From Eledone cirrhosa (Eukaryota), in NCBI GenBank assembly GCA_964016885.1, contig OZ024743.1, forward strand, positions 142,724,001-142,788,000: 64,000 nt of DNA, given 5' to 3'. A program made the translations under genes and the position numbers. A model generated the notes under the pieces. It had not been told where the DNA came from. It did no database searches and saw only the letters and a list, made by a program, of their open reading frames with translations. This document shows, in pieces, positions 61,640 through 64,000 of the stretch (within the stretch, counting starts at the first letter, position 1; the number at the start of each line of letters is the position of its first letter).

Positions 61640-64000
61640 TCAAACACCAAGCCCCAAGCACCAAAAACCTAACACCAAGTACCAAGCACCTAGCACCAAG
61701 CACCGAACACCAAGCACCAAGCACCAAGCACCAAACACCAAGCACCAAGCACCAAACACCAAACACCAAGCACCAAGCACCAAGCACCAAACACCAAGCA
61801 CCAGGCACCAAGCCCCAAACATCAAGCACCATGCACCAAACACCAAGCACCAAGCACCAAGCACCAAACACCAAGCACCAAGCACCAAACACTTAACACC
61901 AAGCACCAAGCACCAAGCACCAAACACCAAACACCAAACACCAAGCACCAAGTACCAAACACCAAGCACCAAGCACCAAACACCAAGCACCAAGCACCAA
62001 GCACCAAACACCAAGAACCAAGCACCAAACACCAAGCACCAAGCACCAAGTACATACACCAAGCACCAAACACCAAGCTCCAAACACCAAGCACCAAGCA
62101 CCAAACACCAAACACCAAACACCAAACACCAAGCACCAAGCACCAAACACCAAACACCAAACAGCAAGCACCAAGCACCAAACACCAAGCACCAAGCACC
62201 AAACAACAAACACCAAGCACCATGCACCAAACACTAATCACCAAGCACCAAGCACCAAACACCAAGCACCAAGCAGCAAGCACCAAACACCAAACACCAA
62301 GCACCAAGCACCAAGCACCAAACACCAAGCACCAAGCACCAAACACCAAACCCCAAGTACCAAAGACCAAGCACCAAGCACCAAGGACCAAACACCAAGC
62401 ACCAAGCATCAAGCACCAAGCACCAAACACCAAGCACCAAGCACCAAACACCCAGCACCAAGCACCAAGCACCAAGCACCAAACACCAAGCACCAAGCAC
62501 CAAACACCAAAGACCAAACACCAAGCACCAAGCACCAAACAGCAAGCACCAAACACCAAACACCAAACACCAAACACCAAACAGCAAGCACCAAACAGCA
62601 AGCACCAAACACCAAACAGCAAAGAGCAAACGCCAAGCACCAAGCACCAAGCACCAAGCACCAAACACCAAGCACCTAGCACCAAGCATTAAACACCAAA
62701 CAGCAAACACCAAACACGAAACAGCAAACACCATACACCAAACACCAAACACCAAGCACCAAGCCCCAAACACCAAACCCCATGCACGAAGCACCAAACA
62801 CTAATAACCAAGCACCAAGCACCAAGCACCAAACACCAAGCACCAAGCACCAAGCACCAAACACCAAAGACCAAGCACCAAGCACCTAGCACCAAACACA
62901 AAGCACCAGGCACCAAGCCTCAAACACCAAGCACCATGCACCAAACACCAAGCACCAAGCACGAAGCACCAAACACCAAACACCAAACACCAAGCACCAA
63001 ACACCAAGCACCAAGCACCAAACACCAAGCACCAAGCACCAAGCACCAAACACCAAGAACCAAGCACCAAACACCAAGCACCAAGCACCAAGTACATACA
63101 CCAAGCACCAAGCACCAAACACCAAACACCAAGCCACAAGCACCAAAAACCTAACACCAAGTACCAAGAACCAAGCACCAAGCACCGAACACCAAGCACC
63201 AAACACCAAGCACCAAACACCAAGCACCAAGCACCAAACACCAAACACCAAGCACCGAGCACCAAGCACCAAACACCAAGCACCAGGCACCAAGCCCCAA
63301 ACATCAAGCACCATGCACCAAACACCAAGCACCGAGCACGAAGCACCAAACACCAAGCACCAAGCACCAAACACTTAACACCAAGCACCAAGCACCAAGC
63401 ACCAAACACCAAGCACCAAACACCAAACACCAAGCACCAGGTACCAAACACCAAGCACCAAGCACCAAACACCAAGCACCAAGCACCAAGCACCAAACAC
63501 CAAGAACCAAGCACCAAACACCAAGCACCAAGCACCAAGTACATACACCAAGCACCAAACACCAAGCACCAAACACCAAGCACCAAGCACCAAACACCAA
63601 ACACCAAACACCAAACACCAAACACCAAGCACCAAGCACCAAACACCAAACACCAAACAGCAAGCACCAAGCACCAAACACCAAGCACCAAGCACCAAAC
63701 AACAAACACCAAGCACCATGCACCAAACAGTAATCACCAAGCACTAAGCACCAAACACCAAGCACCAAGCAGCAAGCACCAAACACCAAGCACCAAACAC
63801 CAAGCACCAAGCACCAAACACCAAACCCCAAGCACCAAAGACCAAGCACCAAGCACCAATGACCAAACACCAAGCACCAAGCATCAAGCACCAAGCACCA
63901 AACACCAAGCACCAAGCACCAAACACCCAGCACCAAGCACCAAGCACCAAACACCAAGCACCAAACACCAAACACCAAACACCAAGCACCAAGCACCAAG
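61640..64000. repeat. Diverged ~1.48-kb duplication with a nested 447-bp repeat
   Basis: Markers 'ccccaaa catcaag caccatg' and cacttaa recur at an offset of 1482 (ORF boundaries 61822/63304, 61893/63375). The 6-bp monomer tacata occurs at 62051, 63093 and 63540. Confidence 0.75.

Larger units (their letters stand above)
1..64000. repeat. Heptamer satellite array (CACCAAR)n / (YTTGGTG)n, ~9,140 monomers, single orientation, extending beyond both window ends
   Basis: Every line parses into CACCAAG/CACCAAA monomers or variants with 1-3 substitutions. The first full monomer starts at 4 and the last occupies 63994-64000. No non-repeat sequence was found. The + strand is almost all A and C, with little G and very little T. 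Confidence 0.99.

Noticed and set aside
147-62692. Plus-strand ORFs encoding STKHQAP/NTKHQTP repeats (e.g. 896-2404, 25642-27282, 50626-52770) as mucin-like or adhesin genes
   Set aside because: All three frames give the same peptide, there is no unique domain or signal peptide, and starts and stops come from sporadic variant monomers with no preferred frame.
49-63999. Minus-strand LGAWCLV-repeat ORFs as membrane proteins
   Set aside because: They are the reverse-complement translation of the same 7-mer, overlap in all three frames, and begin at the ubiquitous GTG/TTG codons of the repeat.
1-64000. CRISPR array
   Set aside because: There is no 25-45 bp repeat separated by unique spacers and no cas genes. 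All intervening sequence is the same heptamer.
1-64000. Direct product of a repeat-synthesising reverse transcriptase (telomerase-like or bacterial DRT-type concatemeric cDNA)
   Set aside because: No RT gene or template is present, and kilobase-scale inheritance of rare variants indicates DNA-level duplication, not repeated copying of a short RNA template. An RT origin for the seed monomer cannot be excluded.
1-64000. Bacterial heptamer short tandem repeats such as cyanobacterial STRR elements
   Set aside because: Those are short tracts between genes. A gene-free array of at least 64 kb with HORs does not fit. It would be remarkable if the contig proved prokaryotic, which cannot be judged from this window.
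1-64000. Pure sequencing or basecalling artefact
   Set aside because: Register is kept over tens of kb, and rare variants recur in consistent, position-ordered patterns, which random error would not produce. Exact HOR copy numbers could still be mis-assembled.
1-64000. Chi sites, CCAAT boxes, Dcm sites (CCAGG) and G-quadruplex or i-motif elements
   Set aside because: caccagc is preceded by A or G, so it does not form E. coli Chi (CCACCAGC on this strand). CCAAT and CCAGG are single-base variants of the monomer with no promoter context. The G-rich strand mostly has only GG runs, which is weak support for a stable quadruplex.

Overview
The whole 64 kb is one uninterrupted tandem array of a 7-bp monomer, CACCAAR (CACCAAG/CACCAAA; reverse strand YTTGGTG), about 9,140 monomers in a single orientation, running off both ends of the window. 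I see no unique sequence, genes, RNA genes, transposon insertions, CRISPR spacers or inversions. Every ORF in the track is a by-product of a stop-free 7-mer read in triplets: (S/N)TKHQ(A/T)P on +, (L/F)G(A/V)WCLV on -. The internal architecture is the informative part. Variant monomers (cactaat, tcccacg, cccctag, cacaatg, cagcaaa, caccat and others) form a barcode revealing nested higher-order repeats (HORs): 2086 bp x2, ~4.84 kb x2, ~3.0-3.7 kb x2-3, a homogeneous ~2.26 kb x7 core with a readable duplication history, several 0.2-1.5 kb duplications, and a more diverged right end. Fifteen off-length monomers account for every change of 7-bp register. This looks like a large satellite (centromeric/heterochromatic or telomere-like). 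The organism and function cannot be determined from this window, and no protein-coding system is supported. HOR boundaries are approximate and were read by eye.
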